DNA of 64,000 nt from an uncultured Alteromonadaceae bacterium (lineage in GTDB: Bacteria; Pseudomonadota; Gammaproteobacteria; Pseudomonadales; Halieaceae), in the NCBI GenBank assembly GCA_964420615.1, contig CAYQUE010000001.1:3386-67385 (forward strand). Reading direction: 5' to 3'. Numbering within the stretch: position 1 is the first letter of the stretch; each line of letters begins with the position of its first letter. The position numbers and the translations under genes are program-made. Of the stretch, positions 1 to 10,161 are shown one piece after another. The notes below the pieces were generated by a model. The model was not told where the DNA came from, did not search any database, and saw only the letters and a program-made list of their open reading frames with translations.

Positions 1-226
1 ACGCCCCTGTTCCTTCCTGCAGCCAAGGCGACGTCGAAGTCATCTCGCATTGGTCGGGCAGGCGCGGCTCAATGGGCGTATCAGACACTTTTTGTATTGG
101 CGTCTTCCAACTTACGCTGAAGGCCGTTTCAGACAGCTGCTGTACCTCCAGCAATGAGGGCGCAAACCGGTGTGCCGCAGCATCGGTAGCCAACAGCACG
201 CCAAGCACCAGCCCGACAAACCTCAT
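1..226 (-). CDS. HupE/UreJ-like membrane protein, N-terminal part (runs off window start)
   Basis: Not in the ORF track. Manual translation from ATG 226 gives MRFVGLVLGVLLATDAAAHRFAPSLLEVQQ...WKTP: signal peptide ending AAA-H, open to base 1. ATGA overlap with the stop of the PPIase gene; PPIase plus HupE/UreJ is a common pairing. Confidence 0.6.
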   Translation of the reverse strand, partial: MRFVGLVLGVLLATDAAAHRFAPSLLEVQQLSETAFSVSWKTPIQKVSDTPIEPRLPDQCEMTSTSPWLQEGTGA

Positions 227-1143
227 GATCGGATGACCTCATACTGAGTCATGGCCAGCTCTACCCAGTCAGCCACCGCTTGCTCCTCTGCCTCGCGCAC
301 CAAATCGCGGGCGATTCGCTCGGCGACCTCCTCCAATTCCAGAGTACGCAGAGGCTCGTAATCCTCAACAAATACATAGTGCAGTCCAAACGCGGACTCC
401 ACGGGTCCAACCCACGCGCCTGCAGTGACATCAAGCGCCACTAGCGCTTGCGCAAAGCTGTCGCCAAATACACGGGTCATTTGCTCAGCGCTCTGCCGAG
501 CGAAGGTGTAGCCAGACAGAAACGGCGCACCCAACAAGCGTGCGGCCCCGGGGTCAAGCTCCTGCGTCTGCACGGCGGCGATCAACGCCGGCATTTCGTT
601 AGCGCGATCGGCAGACAAAAATACGTGGCTGAAGGTATAGCGCGCGGGCTCCTGCCAACTGTCGATATCGCGCTGATAACGCGCACTCACTGCTTCTACC
701 GAAGGATCTGCTGGAGGCGTAGTCGCAACAATTAACCGCTCCATGATCTGTACCAAGCGGCGACGAATCACCTCATCGGTCAGGTGTAGCCGCAGAGCAT
801 AGCCCTGCTCCACCAGCTCAGCGTCACTGACATTGGTCTGCGCATCTAAAAACCGCATGTTGCGGATAATGCGTTGTTCGACCGCCGCATCGCGATAGTG
901 CAGGTCACGTTTGAGCGCCTCGCGAAACAGCAACTCGTCACGTAACTCGGACTCGATAAACCGCTCGATCAAGGCTGGGCTTGCCGCACTCCGGGCAAAT
1001 TTGGCGTAGTTATCGGCCATTGCGCGGAGGCGCTCGGCGTTTGGTGGGCCCAGTGTCGGCTTCGGCTCCGGGAATGCCCACTGCCCGACGGCGTATAAAA
1101 CCAGCCCCAACAGCAGGAACCGAAACCAAGGTTTGCCAAGCAT
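223..1143 (-). CDS. PpiC/parvulin-type peptidyl-prolyl isomerase domain protein
   Basis: N-terminal TM helix; ELLFREAL..D..IRRRL helical region; YTFSHVFL, FG..FA and WVGPVESAFGLHYV rotamase motifs. Confidence 0.8.
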   Translation of the reverse strand: MLGKPWFRFLLLGLVLYAVGQWAFPEPKPTLGPPNAERLRAMADNYAKFARSAASPALIERFIESELRDELLFREALKRDLHYRDAAVEQRIIRNMRFLDAQTNVSDAELVEQGYALRLHLTDEVIRRRLVQIMERLIVATTPPADPSVEAVSARYQRDIDSWQEPARYTFSHVFLSADRANEMPALIAAVQTQELDPGAARLLGAPFLSGYTFARQSAEQMTRVFGDSFAQALVALDVTAGAWVGPVESAFGLHYVFVEDYEPLRTLELEEVAERIARDLVREAEEQAVADWVELAMTQYEVIRS

Positions 1144-1178
1144 TGTGGTTGTATTACCCCCGAGAACAGCGTGGCAAT

Positions 1179-1730
1179 TTAAAAGTTACTGACTACGGAT
1201 TCAAGGGACGGCTCGGGTAGCACCTTGCTGGGGCCCTCTTTGGTACCGATATACAAGAAACCGATGACCTGATCCCCCGGCTCACCACCCAAAGCGCCGA
1301 CCACATGAGGATCGGTCGCGTAACCCCCCGTCCGCCAAATGCTACCAAAGCCCAGAGACTCAGCCGCAAGCTGCGCTCCATGAAGCGCGGCCGCCACAGC
1401 GTGCGCCTGCTCATCTCGCGAGATCTTGGGGTGGTCCGTCGCGTGTAACAAACCCGCAATAATGACCGGCGCGCGCAGCGGCGCCTTGCGGGCTTTATCG
1501 AGCTGCGCTGGGTCTGTCACACCCTTGAGTTCAAGCGACGCGACGAAGCACTCTCCCAGGGCCTCCCGCCGCGCGCCGGCGATGAGCACGAACCGCCACG
1601 GCCGCAAGTGCCCGTGATCAGGCGCTCTTTGCGCGGCGCGCAAGATCGTATCGAGGGCAGCGCCATCTGGGCCAGGCTCGACCAATCGCGAATGCGAATT
1701 ACGTTGCAGAAGGATATCAATGGCTGACAT
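1179..1730 (-). CDS. YdjA-like NAD(P)H nitroreductase
   Basis: RAPDHGHLRPWRF, RAPVII, GSIWRTG and GFLYIGT motifs; start moved to MSAID (1730). Confidence 0.85.
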   Translation of the reverse strand: MSAIDILLQRNSHSRLVEPGPDGAALDTILRAAQRAPDHGHLRPWRFVLIAGARREALGECFVASLELKGVTDPAQLDKARKAPLRAPVIIAGLLHATDHPKISRDEQAHAVAAALHGAQLAAESLGFGSIWRTGGYATDPHVVGALGGEPGDQVIGFLYIGTKEGPSKVLPEPSLESVVSNF

Positions 1731-1782
1731 GGGCAAACCTTGCATGACACATGCGGACAAGCCTAGCAAATCCTGGACCCCG

Positions 1783-3615
1783 TTAGTCGAGCCGCCATTC
1801 GTCAGGCACTGCTGAACGCAGCGCGATCTTCTTGTCTCCCATGACCAGCGTCTGATCGGTCATGGCAATGTCCGCGTCACTCAGGACTCCCTCATCAAAG
1901 CGGTATACCGGCGACCACTGCCCGCTGAGTCGTTGCGCCTCAATGCTGCTTTGTCGCGCCTGCACTTCATCGCGCCGCGCGCGCCAGGCGCTCATCGCTC
2001 GCTCACCGTGGTGTCGCTGCATCAACTGCTCGGCGGTATCCGGACTCAGGAGCGCCGCGGTTGCGTTGTTACCCCCAAAACCCTTGCTGTTGATCAAAGC
2101 GTAGTCGAGGTCCGTCGCCTCCCGCGGCGCAGTGGCAAAAGCAAGTCGTTCAGTGGTGACGTCGCCTGCAATGGCGTCAATGGTGTGAATGCCGGGGATC
2201 AGCCCATGCTGCCAAATACCCAGCGCGGCCGTCAGCTGATCTCCCGCAGCCGCTCCCAGCGAGTGTCCCACGTAACTTTTAATAGCGGCCACCGGCCATG
2301 CCTCGATACCGAATGCTGCGGCCACCTTGCTTAATAGGGCGGATTCCGTGACGCGATTCTGCGGCGTGCCAGTGCCGTGCGCTTGCACCATGCCATTGTG
2401 CTGCAATCGGTGCTCGCCCAGTACAGCGCGGACCGTGGCGGCAGCCTCTGCAACCGTCAGATAATTTCCCACCCCGGGCCCGGAAATCGATTTCTTCGCG
2501 CCGTCGGCACGCACGCTAACAAAGGGCGCGCCCGCGAGAATCGGCGCACCCAACTCCAAAGCCAGTGCATCGTCCATCAAAATCACGACCTGAGCTGACT
2601 CCGCCATCGTAAAACCACAATTCTCGCCGAACGGCCGGCATGCCCGTCGGTGATCGGGCATCGCATCATCTGCCAGTGCATCGAGCTGACGAAGCCCCTT
2701 GTCTGTCGCGAGCGCTCCCATGGCAACATAGCCATCCATCACCTCGACATTCACCGGTGCCTCCGCCGCACCCACAATCGCGATACGGGATCGGCCGGCA
2801 CGAATATCCTCAATCCCGAGGCGCAGGTTATAAAGAAACGTGGCGCATGCCCCCAACGCGGGACCGGTCGCACTCAAGCTACCCAACACATAGGCACTGA
2901 TGAAGTCGCCCGGCATCTCCGCAAAGCCAAACGGACATTGCTTGGAACTCACCCGGCGGCCGAGAAGGCGCGAACGCAACATGCCGCCCGAGCCCGGCTC
3001 GTCCAGCTGCCCCATCGCACTCGACACATACACGCTCACCGCATCCGCTGGAACCTTGGCCGACACCGTTTGCCAATCCAAGCCAAGATCTGCGAAGGCG
3101 TCGGAGATCGCAAAGACTGACATCTGCAGCGCTCTCGGATGATTTCTCGAGGCGTAGAGACTGCCCGGATCAAATCCCGTGGGTAATTGTCCCGCGCTGC
3201 TCACTTCAAAGTGGCGCGTGCTCGGTAACAAGACTTCTGATTCGGCTGCAAGCGCAGCGCGAATCGTTTTGCCGTTGGCGGTTTCGCTAACAGCACCCAA
3301 AAGCTTGCCCTCAGTGATGCCACCGGGGTTGTAATCGACTGCAGGATTCGCGGTTTCGGCACTCAGTCGTGCCCGCCGATGCCAGGGCACTGCGCGGTAA
3401 TCGAACCAACCAGACTCGATTTCGCGCACTAGGGTATGGTCAGCGATAAAGGCATTGTTGGTGTTGCCCATCATCTGCGCTAACGCCTGCTCGGTCGCCA
3501 AGCGCTCCGCCTCGGGCAATGCATCCCAAATCATTCGCCGGTAAGCGTGTCGGCGAGACGTGCGGCCGGCGCTGTTCACGCCCCCCGCGGCTACCATCAC
3601 GGGCAGTCTCAGCAT
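1783..3615 (-). CDS. fabY: Long beta-ketoacyl-ACP synthase (FabY-like KAS I/II family)
   Basis: GGVNSAGRTS N-terminus, SAGQLPTGFDP, catalytic Cys (GACATF), His motifs QAHGTGTPQN and KSYVGHSLGAA, NSKGFGGNNA; 610 aa fits the FabY type. Confidence 0.75.
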   Translation of the reverse strand: MLRLPVMVAAGGVNSAGRTSRRHAYRRMIWDALPEAERLATEQALAQMMGNTNNAFIADHTLVREIESGWFDYRAVPWHRRARLSAETANPAVDYNPGGITEGKLLGAVSETANGKTIRAALAAESEVLLPSTRHFEVSSAGQLPTGFDPGSLYASRNHPRALQMSVFAISDAFADLGLDWQTVSAKVPADAVSVYVSSAMGQLDEPGSGGMLRSRLLGRRVSSKQCPFGFAEMPGDFISAYVLGSLSATGPALGACATFLYNLRLGIEDIRAGRSRIAIVGAAEAPVNVEVMDGYVAMGALATDKGLRQLDALADDAMPDHRRACRPFGENCGFTMAESAQVVILMDDALALELGAPILAGAPFVSVRADGAKKSISGPGVGNYLTVAEAAATVRAVLGEHRLQHNGMVQAHGTGTPQNRVTESALLSKVAAAFGIEAWPVAAIKSYVGHSLGAAAGDQLTAALGIWQHGLIPGIHTIDAIAGDVTTERLAFATAPREATDLDYALINSKGFGGNNATAALLSPDTAEQLMQRHHGERAMSAWRARRDEVQARQSSIEAQRLSGQWSPVYRFDEGVLSDADIAMTDQTLVMGDKKIALRSAVPDEWRLD

Positions 3616-3731
3616 GATCGCCTCGCCGAACTTGGCTTGTTAAATGGCATGGAGCGTCCCGTCGTTCATCGCTAAAGCGCCGCAGTCTACGCGTGACAAT
3701 GCCTTTTGCTATGCGTATAAAGCCAATTTAT

Positions 3732-4745
3732 ATGACTATTCAGCCACCCACTCGCGCCCCCTTACGGGTCGCCGCGCTCGTCCACGAGGACATGCTGGCC
3801 TCTTCGGTCACGCTGCCCATGGAAATCCTCTCGGGCGCGGCGCAAGCGCTAGGTCGTCGTGCGCGGCAACCCCTCGATATCTGCTGCTTCAGTCGCGAAG
3901 GTGGCATGTTGACCATGCCCAGCGGACTGACGCTGGCGACCGCGCCTCTGAGCCCGGAGACAGACGTCGACTTGCTGATTGTGCCGGCAATCTGGCGGCA
4001 GCCTCTGCGCGTCATTCGCCGTCATCCCGAGCATGTCGAGGCCATCGCCCACCATCTCGATCGCGGCGGGCTGACCGTCAGCGTCGGGTCGGGCAGTTTT
4101 TTGCTCGCCGAGACGGGCAGGATGAATAACCGCTCAGTCACCACTCACTGGCAGTGGTTCGACACCTTTGCCAAGCGCTATCCACGCGTCAGACTGCTAC
4201 GACAACAATTGATTACCCAGTCCGATCGCGTGTTCTGTGTCGGCAGCGTCAACTCCGTCGCGGACTTGATGGTGTATCTGTGCGGGGAGGTTTTTTCCTC
4301 ACGTGCGGCCCGTCACATTGAGAGTCAGTTCTCCCCCGAGATCCGACAACGGTTTTCTCCCTCGCCGCTCGGCGTGCACGGTGACCTGCACGGTGACGAA
4401 CTCGTGGCAGATGTACAAATCGACCTGCGACGGGATCTTCGCGCAACGCCGAAACTAGACCAGATAGCGAAACGGCTGGGCGTCAGTCCTCGCACGCTCA
4501 CCCGACGCTTTAAAAACGCCACGGGCGCCTCGATCGGGCAGTATTTGCAGCAACTCAGGCTCGATGAAGCGCAATCACTGCTCAGACGCACCAACCTCTC
4601 CATTACCGAAGTGTGCTTGGCAGTTGGGATCAACGATGCCTCTCACTTTGCGCGCACCTTCCGCCAGCACGTCGGCCTGACAGCATCGGCCTATCGAACC
4701 GCGGTACGCGATAAGTCGTTCACAGCGACGCCACGTCCGGACTGA
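3732..4745 (+). CDS. GlxA-type AraC family regulator (DJ-1/PfpI-like domain plus HTH)
   Basis: GSFLLAETG..TTHW amidase-like domain; SPRTLTRRFK, LSITEVC and FARTFR AraC helix-turn-helix motifs. Confidence 0.85.
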   Translation: MTIQPPTRAPLRVAALVHEDMLASSVTLPMEILSGAAQALGRRARQPLDICCFSREGGMLTMPSGLTLATAPLSPETDVDLLIVPAIWRQPLRVIRRHPEHVEAIAHHLDRGGLTVSVGSGSFLLAETGRMNNRSVTTHWQWFDTFAKRYPRVRLLRQQLITQSDRVFCVGSVNSVADLMVYLCGEVFSSRAARHIESQFSPEIRQRFSPSPLGVHGDLHGDELVADVQIDLRRDLRATPKLDQIAKRLGVSPRTLTRRFKNATGASIGQYLQQLRLDEAQSLLRRTNLSITEVCLAVGINDASHFARTFRQHVGLTASAYRTAVRDKSFTATPRPD

Positions 4746-4805
4746 GCTTGCAGGGTCGCTGCAGTTCGGGCTAAATGCCCGCCCGTATTCGATGAGAGAC
4801 CAATC

Positions 4806-5981
4806 ATGAGCGACGTATTCATTGTCGATGGCGCCCGCACGCCGATGGGCGGATTGTTGGGTGATCTCGCTGAGGCTACAGCCAATGAACTTGGCACCAC
4901 GGCGATCGCCGCCACGATCGAGCGCGCCGGCGTCGCTGCAGAGGCCATTGATGAGGTTTTTATGGGCTGCGTGTTGCCCGCCGGGCTCAAGCAATGCCCC
5001 GCCCGACAAGCCATGCTGGGAGCAGGCATCCCCAGCACGACCGGCGCCGTCACCATTAATAAGGCCTGCGGTAGCGGTATGCAGGCGACGATCTTCGGCG
5101 CGGATAGCATTTCTGCCGGCACCAATCATCTGGTCATTGCGGGCGGACTCGAGAGCATGTCAAACGCGCCGCAGATTCTGATGACCGGGCGCAAAGGCCA
5201 ACGGCTCGGTCACAGCACACTCTATGACCACATGTTTCTCGATGGCCTGGAGGACGCCTATACCGGCGCCGCCATGGGCACCTTTGCGCAAAAAACTGCC
5301 GACGAACATGGCCTGACCCGGGAAGCGATGGATGCCTTCGCGATCGAGAGTCTGACACGCGCTCAACGCGCGATCGATGAAGGGCTGAACCAAAAAGAAA
5401 TTGCACCTGTGACGATCCGCACCCGCCGCGGAGAGCATACCGTGACGGTTGACGAGCAACCCCACAAGGCGAATCTCGAGAAGATTCCTCAGCTGCGGCC
5501 CGCCTTTGCCGAGAATGGCACTATCACGCCCGCCAATTCGAGCTCAATTTCTGACGGTGCCAGTGCATTACTGCTGGCCAGTGCCACCGCCGTGACAGAT
5601 CACACGTTAACGGCGCGCGCCCGCATCGTGGCGCATGCACGCAACAGTCTGGCCCCCGAGGCCTTTACACTTGCGCCGATCGGTGCGGCAGAACAAGTGC
5701 TCGCCAAGGCCGGCTGGACCGCTGGAGATGTCGACCTGTGGGAAATTAACGAAGCATTTGCGATGGTCACCATGCTCACCACGCGAGCGCTTGATCTCGA
5801 CCCGGCCTGTGTCAATGTGCATGGTGGCGCCTGCGCTCAGGGGCACCCCATTGGCTCTACTGGATCGCGAATCATCGTCACGTTGATGCACGCACTCGAG
5901 CACTACGGTAAAAAACGCGGCGTAGCGGCGCTATGTATTGGTGGTGGAGAAGCCACCGCCGTAGCGATCGAGCTCGTTTGA
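4806..5981 (+). CDS. Acetyl-CoA C-acyltransferase (thiolase)
   Basis: TINKACGSG (nucleophile Cys), NEAF, GHPIGSTG, LCIGGGEA. Confidence 0.93.
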   Translation: MSDVFIVDGARTPMGGLLGDLAEATANELGTTAIAATIERAGVAAEAIDEVFMGCVLPAGLKQCPARQAMLGAGIPSTTGAVTINKACGSGMQATIFGADSISAGTNHLVIAGGLESMSNAPQILMTGRKGQRLGHSTLYDHMFLDGLEDAYTGAAMGTFAQKTADEHGLTREAMDAFAIESLTRAQRAIDEGLNQKEIAPVTIRTRRGEHTVTVDEQPHKANLEKIPQLRPAFAENGTITPANSSSISDGASALLLASATAVTDHTLTARARIVAHARNSLAPEAFTLAPIGAAEQVLAKAGWTAGDVDLWEINEAFAMVTMLTTRALDLDPACVNVHGGACAQGHPIGSTGSRIIVTLMHALEHYGKKRGVAALCIGGGEATAVAIELV

Positions 5982-6000
5982 TCCAAGGCTGGCCTGACCC

Positions 6001-7110
6001 ATGCTGAGTGACATCCCGACATTACTCGACGATATCGCCGCGGGGCGTATGGTCATTCTCATGGACGATGAAGATCGTGAAAATGAGGGTGACTTGATTA
6101 TTGCCGCGGAGAAGGTCACACCGGAAATTATTAATTTTTTCGCCACCGAGGCCTGCGGGCTGATCTGCATGCCGATCACGCCGGAGCGCGCGCGACAACT
6201 CAACCTGCCGTTGATGGTGCGCGATAATCGCTCCCAGCATGAGACCAACTTTACCGTGTCGATAGACGCGGTAGAGCAAGTCGGGCCGGGCATTAGCGCC
6301 GCACAGCGCTCCCATACCATTCAGCGCGCCATTGCACCGCAGGCAACGCCTAAAGACATTCGCCAGCCTGGGCATATTTTCCCTTTGGTTGCGAAACCAG
6401 GCGGTGTCCTCAAACGAGCGGGACACACGGAGGCCGGGGTGGATCTGGCGAGAATGGCAGGGCTGGCTCCCGCCGCAGTGATCGTCGAGATCATGAATCC
6501 GGACGGCACCATGGCGCGTCGCCCGGAACTCGAGGTGTTCGCCAAGCAACACGGCCTACATATGGGCACCATCGCTGACTTGATTGAGTATCGATCCATT
6601 CACGAGCAATCAATCGAGCTCCACAGCGCCGAGACGATCCACACCGAGTGGGGTCCCTTTACGCTACACACTTTTCGAGACCTGATCGACGATGCGCTGC
6701 ACTTTGCGCTTAGCCTGGGCGACCTGACTGGGGCCGGCGCCGTGCCCGTGCGAGTGCAAGGCGTCAACACACTCCGGGATCTGCTCGGCACGCAACTGGA
6801 TGCGTCATCGCAACCGGGCTGGTCGTATCGCGCGGCGATGCAACATATTGCCGGCGCCGGCCGCGGTGTGGTGGTGATGCTCGGTGGCGCCGAGACGCCT
6901 GCGACCATTCTCGAAGATCTCGGGCAGCTACTGCATGCAGAGCAACGCCCAGCACCACCGCAAAATTATCGATTGATTGGTACGGGCGCGCAGATTTTGC
7001 GACACCTGGGCCTGACCGACATGCAGCTCATGTCGGCGCCACTGCACTTTAACGCGCTGTCGGGCTTTAATCTGAATATCACCGAGTTCATCACCTCTCC
7101 GCCCGCCTAA
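6001..7110 (+). CDS. ribB: 3,4-dihydroxy-2-butanone-4-phosphate synthase fused to a degenerate GTP cyclohydrolase II domain (RibBX)
   Basis: DDEDRENEGD, FTVSID, PGHIFPL, RAGHTEA; the C-terminal GCHII-like domain (VPVRV, YRLIGTGAQIL) has no Zn-binding cysteines. Confidence 0.9.
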   Translation: MLSDIPTLLDDIAAGRMVILMDDEDRENEGDLIIAAEKVTPEIINFFATEACGLICMPITPERARQLNLPLMVRDNRSQHETNFTVSIDAVEQVGPGISAAQRSHTIQRAIAPQATPKDIRQPGHIFPLVAKPGGVLKRAGHTEAGVDLARMAGLAPAAVIVEIMNPDGTMARRPELEVFAKQHGLHMGTIADLIEYRSIHEQSIELHSAETIHTEWGPFTLHTFRDLIDDALHFALSLGDLTGAGAVPVRVQGVNTLRDLLGTQLDASSQPGWSYRAAMQHIAGAGRGVVVMLGGAETPATILEDLGQLLHAEQRPAPPQNYRLIGTGAQILRHLGLTDMQLMSAPLHFNALSGFNLNITEFITSPPA

Positions 7111-7122
7111 CAGCGCCCACCA

Positions 7123-7329
7123 TCAAGCGGATGCCGGCGCGACGATGCGGTGCGAGCGACAGTGGTCAGGTTCCTGCAACGACTCCAACACAATCACTGC
7201 TAGCAAGACTGCTCCGGCACACCAACAACCCACCGCGATGAGCCGCTCACGAGTGGAAGGTGACAACCTCTGACAGCGACGCACGCTCGGTGCAGACCTC
7301 GTTAACCGCTGTGTCGGTGGGATAACCAA
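7123..7329 (-). CDS. Possible small membrane protein (true start probably near 7266)
   Basis: Single hydrophobic stretch (LIAVGCWCAGAVLLAVIVL) filling the gap between convergent genes; no family recognised. Confidence 0.25.
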   Translation of the reverse strand: MVIPPTQRLTRSAPSVRRCQRLSPSTRERLIAVGCWCAGAVLLAVIVLESLQEPDHCRSHRIVAPASA

Positions 7330-7927
7330 ACGACATGCCGAACATCAATTGCTCGTGATCGCCCAGACCGAGCGCAGGCCGAATCACATTGACCAAAAAA
7401 GCCAATGCCGTCTGGGGACAAGCACCAAGACCGTGGGCGGTTAAGCCCAGCATGACGGTTTGCGCGAACATCCCCAGGTCACAGGCTTCCCTGAGTCCGA
7501 ATCCCGTCGGCAGCGTGAAGAAGGCCGCCGCGGGCGCATCGAAGAAGCTAAAGTTGCGCATAAACCAGGCATTGCGCTCCGCCTTTTGCTCCCGCGCAAT
7601 GCCCAGCGAATCATAGAGCGCCGTCGCCGACGCGTACTGCCGCTCTTTGTAGACGCCGTCGTACTGGCCGTCGTAGGGGAAATCCAGCGCAATTTCGCCA
7701 GCGGCAAACTTGGCCGGCAGCGCTGCCCGGAGCTCCTCAAGCTTTTCTCCAGTTACGACGTGGACAAACCACGGCTGCGTATTACAGTTACTCGGCGCTC
7801 GTTGGGCACCGCCGAAAACCGCCTCGATAACCTCTCGGGGCACCGGATCCGACTTAAAATCACGCATCGAGCGGCGCTGCCTGACAATCTCAAGAAACAG
7901 CTCACCCCGATTATCAGCGTCATCCAT
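7247..7927 (-). CDS. Nitroreductase family protein
   Basis: RRSMRDF, APSNCNTQPW, RNFSFFDAP, GLGACPQ, MSFGY; purine-rich RBS before ATG 7927. Confidence 0.88.
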   Translation of the reverse strand: MDDADNRGELFLEIVRQRRSMRDFKSDPVPREVIEAVFGGAQRAPSNCNTQPWFVHVVTGEKLEELRAALPAKFAAGEIALDFPYDGQYDGVYKERQYASATALYDSLGIAREQKAERNAWFMRNFSFFDAPAAAFFTLPTGFGLREACDLGMFAQTVMLGLTAHGLGACPQTALAFLVNVIRPALGLGDHEQLMFGMSFGYPTDTAVNEVCTERASLSEVVTFHS

Positions 7928-8004
7928 GATTAACTCCCCTCCACTGCGGGCCCTGCACCCGCACATCTGATTAAACCTACCTGATTCAAAGTCAGCAGCA
8001 CGGC

Positions 8005-9486
8005 TTACCGTAAGTTGCCATCAACACGCTCGGGGATATATTCCGTTGCGAGCCACGGCCCCACACCGAACCGCTGGTTCGCCATTGGCGCAAGCCTTGA
8101 CGAGGCAGACGCGGTGGCGCAAGCACCCGTCCCCAGCCAATTCATTGCCGTGGCCACCAGCGCTTCCTCGGGGTCACCAAACGCCCGCGATATGTCGTCC
8201 TCTGCACGACACAGCGTAAATCTCCCCGTGCCCGCAAGACCAATCTGATGATAGCCCCCCTGATTCTCGCCATTCACCAGTTCAAACGCTGTGAGCCTGA
8301 GCGCCACATCACAGTCTTCCCGCTCAAGACCCTCGATACCCTCATGCATATCCCAGCGGCCCTGGCCGACCTGCTTGCCGTAGGTGTCATCGCCGACCAG
8401 CACCACTTCAATATGCGGATCCAGACCATTGATAATCAGCTCACTGGCAGAAGCAGTCGAGCGAGACGTGATGAAAGCAATCCGCAGAGGCGAGATGGAG
8501 TCGGGTAATACATCGAAAATACCCCAATTGCCTGGGTCGTCATTGAAATCGGGGTGCTGATCGTTAACCTGGTACTTATAGGATGCTTCCCCTTCGGCAG
8601 CCAACCCCCCGAGCAAGTCCATCATGGTATCGGCAACGCGCAACAGCCCGCCGCCGTTGTACCGGAGGTCAATAATCACGTCCGTCACACCGGCCTCCTC
8701 AAAGACTCGCGCAGCGTCATAGAGCGAGGCGTATCCAACCGCGGGGCTCAGCGCCGCGTCAATGAACTGCCGCAAGTGCAGATAGCCCACGGGCGCGATA
8801 CCCGCCCGCTCAAGTAACAGGGGCTCACCCGCCAACGCGGGCGGCGCCAGCTCTTCCTTGGCTACCGAGATCTCGACCTCAGTCCCTTGCTGAAGGAAGC
8901 GAAATACCCTCACGACTCCGATCTCACCCGGGCCAAATATTTCCTCGTTGGTTGCCGAGCGAGCCTCGAGCTCTGCCAGCGTCTCAAAACCGGAGCCAGT
9001 ATCGACGGCGAGCAGTTCCATACCACGCCGCACACCCGCTGACCACGCCGGCCCACTCTCGAATACATCGAGAATAAAAAGCTGCGAACCGACCGTGCGC
9101 GAGCGAAAACCAAAACCAATATAGGCGCCGGAGCTGATACTGGTCTCGTCTTCGGTGATGGTGGTCATAAAAGAAAAGCCACGATCGCGGCCGTCATTAA
9201 TGAGCGGCGCCAAGCGTGCATCAAGATAGGCCTGAGCCGAGTCATAGGCACTCTTGTCGGCGCTGGCCATCTCGTCATACCAGAGGTACCAACTGTCCGT
9301 CACTGCCTCGACAAAATCGATCTGCGCAGAGACGCCGCAGGCGCCGTCATCCGAATCACCGGTGTTGTCTCCGCCGGAATCGCCGCCGCCGGTGACTGGA
9401 GGCGGCGGATTCGAGCCACCCCCGCCACCACAGGCGCCTAACGCCGTTGTCATTAGCGTCAAAATAAGAATGCGCAGTAGGTCCAT
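8005..9486 (-). CDS. S41 family peptidase, lipoprotein with PDZ-like domain
   Basis: Lipobox LGAC, Gly/Pro linker, WYLWY, IDLRYNGGG, catalytic TASASE, TYGK. Confidence 0.88.
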   Translation of the reverse strand: MDLLRILILTLMTTALGACGGGGGSNPPPPVTGGGDSGGDNTGDSDDGACGVSAQIDFVEAVTDSWYLWYDEMASADKSAYDSAQAYLDARLAPLINDGRDRGFSFMTTITEDETSISSGAYIGFGFRSRTVGSQLFILDVFESGPAWSAGVRRGMELLAVDTGSGFETLAELEARSATNEEIFGPGEIGVVRVFRFLQQGTEVEISVAKEELAPPALAGEPLLLERAGIAPVGYLHLRQFIDAALSPAVGYASLYDAARVFEEAGVTDVIIDLRYNGGGLLRVADTMMDLLGGLAAEGEASYKYQVNDQHPDFNDDPGNWGIFDVLPDSISPLRIAFITSRSTASASELIINGLDPHIEVVLVGDDTYGKQVGQGRWDMHEGIEGLEREDCDVALRLTAFELVNGENQGGYHQIGLAGTGRFTLCRAEDDISRAFGDPEEALVATAMNWLGTGACATASASSRLAPMANQRFGVGPWLATEYIPERVDGNLR

Positions 9487-9670
9487 CGTGCGGTTACCCT
9501 CAATCAAGGCCTATCAATGTAGCACTCCCTGGGCACGATGAGGACTGCGTGCGGCAATCCGTTGCCACTCGGAATCCCCCGCTCGCCATAATTCTTAATT
9601 CAAAAAGCCATTGCACCCTCATGACCGCTGTGCGAATTTGCGCTCGTCTAATGAACAAGGAACTTCGCAC

Positions 9671-10141
9671 ATGCAATTCGGATACGGACCCGCCTTCCTT
9701 CTTGGCGCCATGATTGGCGGCGCGATACTCCTCGATGATGTGATCACACCACCCGGGCCACCTCACCGCGTTGCCATGTTCCACCATGGCGATAGTGAAG
9801 TGGCGTTCAAAGGGCGCCCAGGCGAAACCCAGCGATGGGTCATGAGAAGCGGCGCGCCAGAGGATACCGAGATCCACAAAGAAGTACGGATTCACGTGCA
9901 GACCGACGAAGATGAAAACGTCGCAGAATCAGAACAGATGATGATTTCTGTGATGATCGACGCAGAGGAGGCGCCGGGCAATGACCTGGCAGCCGCCATC
10001 CGCGAAATTGTTGACGCGGCGCGCGCCGAGGGCCGCGAGCCCAGCGAGGCGGAAATCGAAGCCGCCGTCCGCGCGCTCGCCGGCGACGTCAACCGGATTG
10101 ATATTGAAGTCGATACCACCGCGGTAACGGAAGACGAGTAA
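9671..10141 (+). CDS. Hypothetical acidic protein with N-terminal hydrophobic anchor
   Basis: AAGGA RBS before ATG 9671, hydrophobic N-terminus, Glu/Asp-rich body. Confidence 0.6.
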   Translation: MQFGYGPAFLLGAMIGGAILLDDVITPPGPPHRVAMFHHGDSEVAFKGRPGETQRWVMRSGAPEDTEIHKEVRIHVQTDEDENVAESEQMMISVMIDAEEAPGNDLAAAIREIVDAARAEGREPSEAEIEAAVRALAGDVNRIDIEVDTTAVTEDE

Positions 10142-10161
10142 CGCTGCCGAGAGAGGTGTCC

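Noticed and set aside
9360-9430. GGC/CCG-rich repeat-like stretch
   Set aside because: Encodes the Gly/Pro linker of the S41 lipoprotein; not an independent repeat.
9622-9651. ECF-type promoter (TGACC...CGTCTAA) before the acidic hypothetical gene
   Set aside because: Match too short to assign without a cognate sigma factor or TSS data.
9500-9895. 131-aa minus-strand ORF
   Set aside because: Overlaps the plus-strand gene at 9671, which has an RBS and a more protein-like composition.
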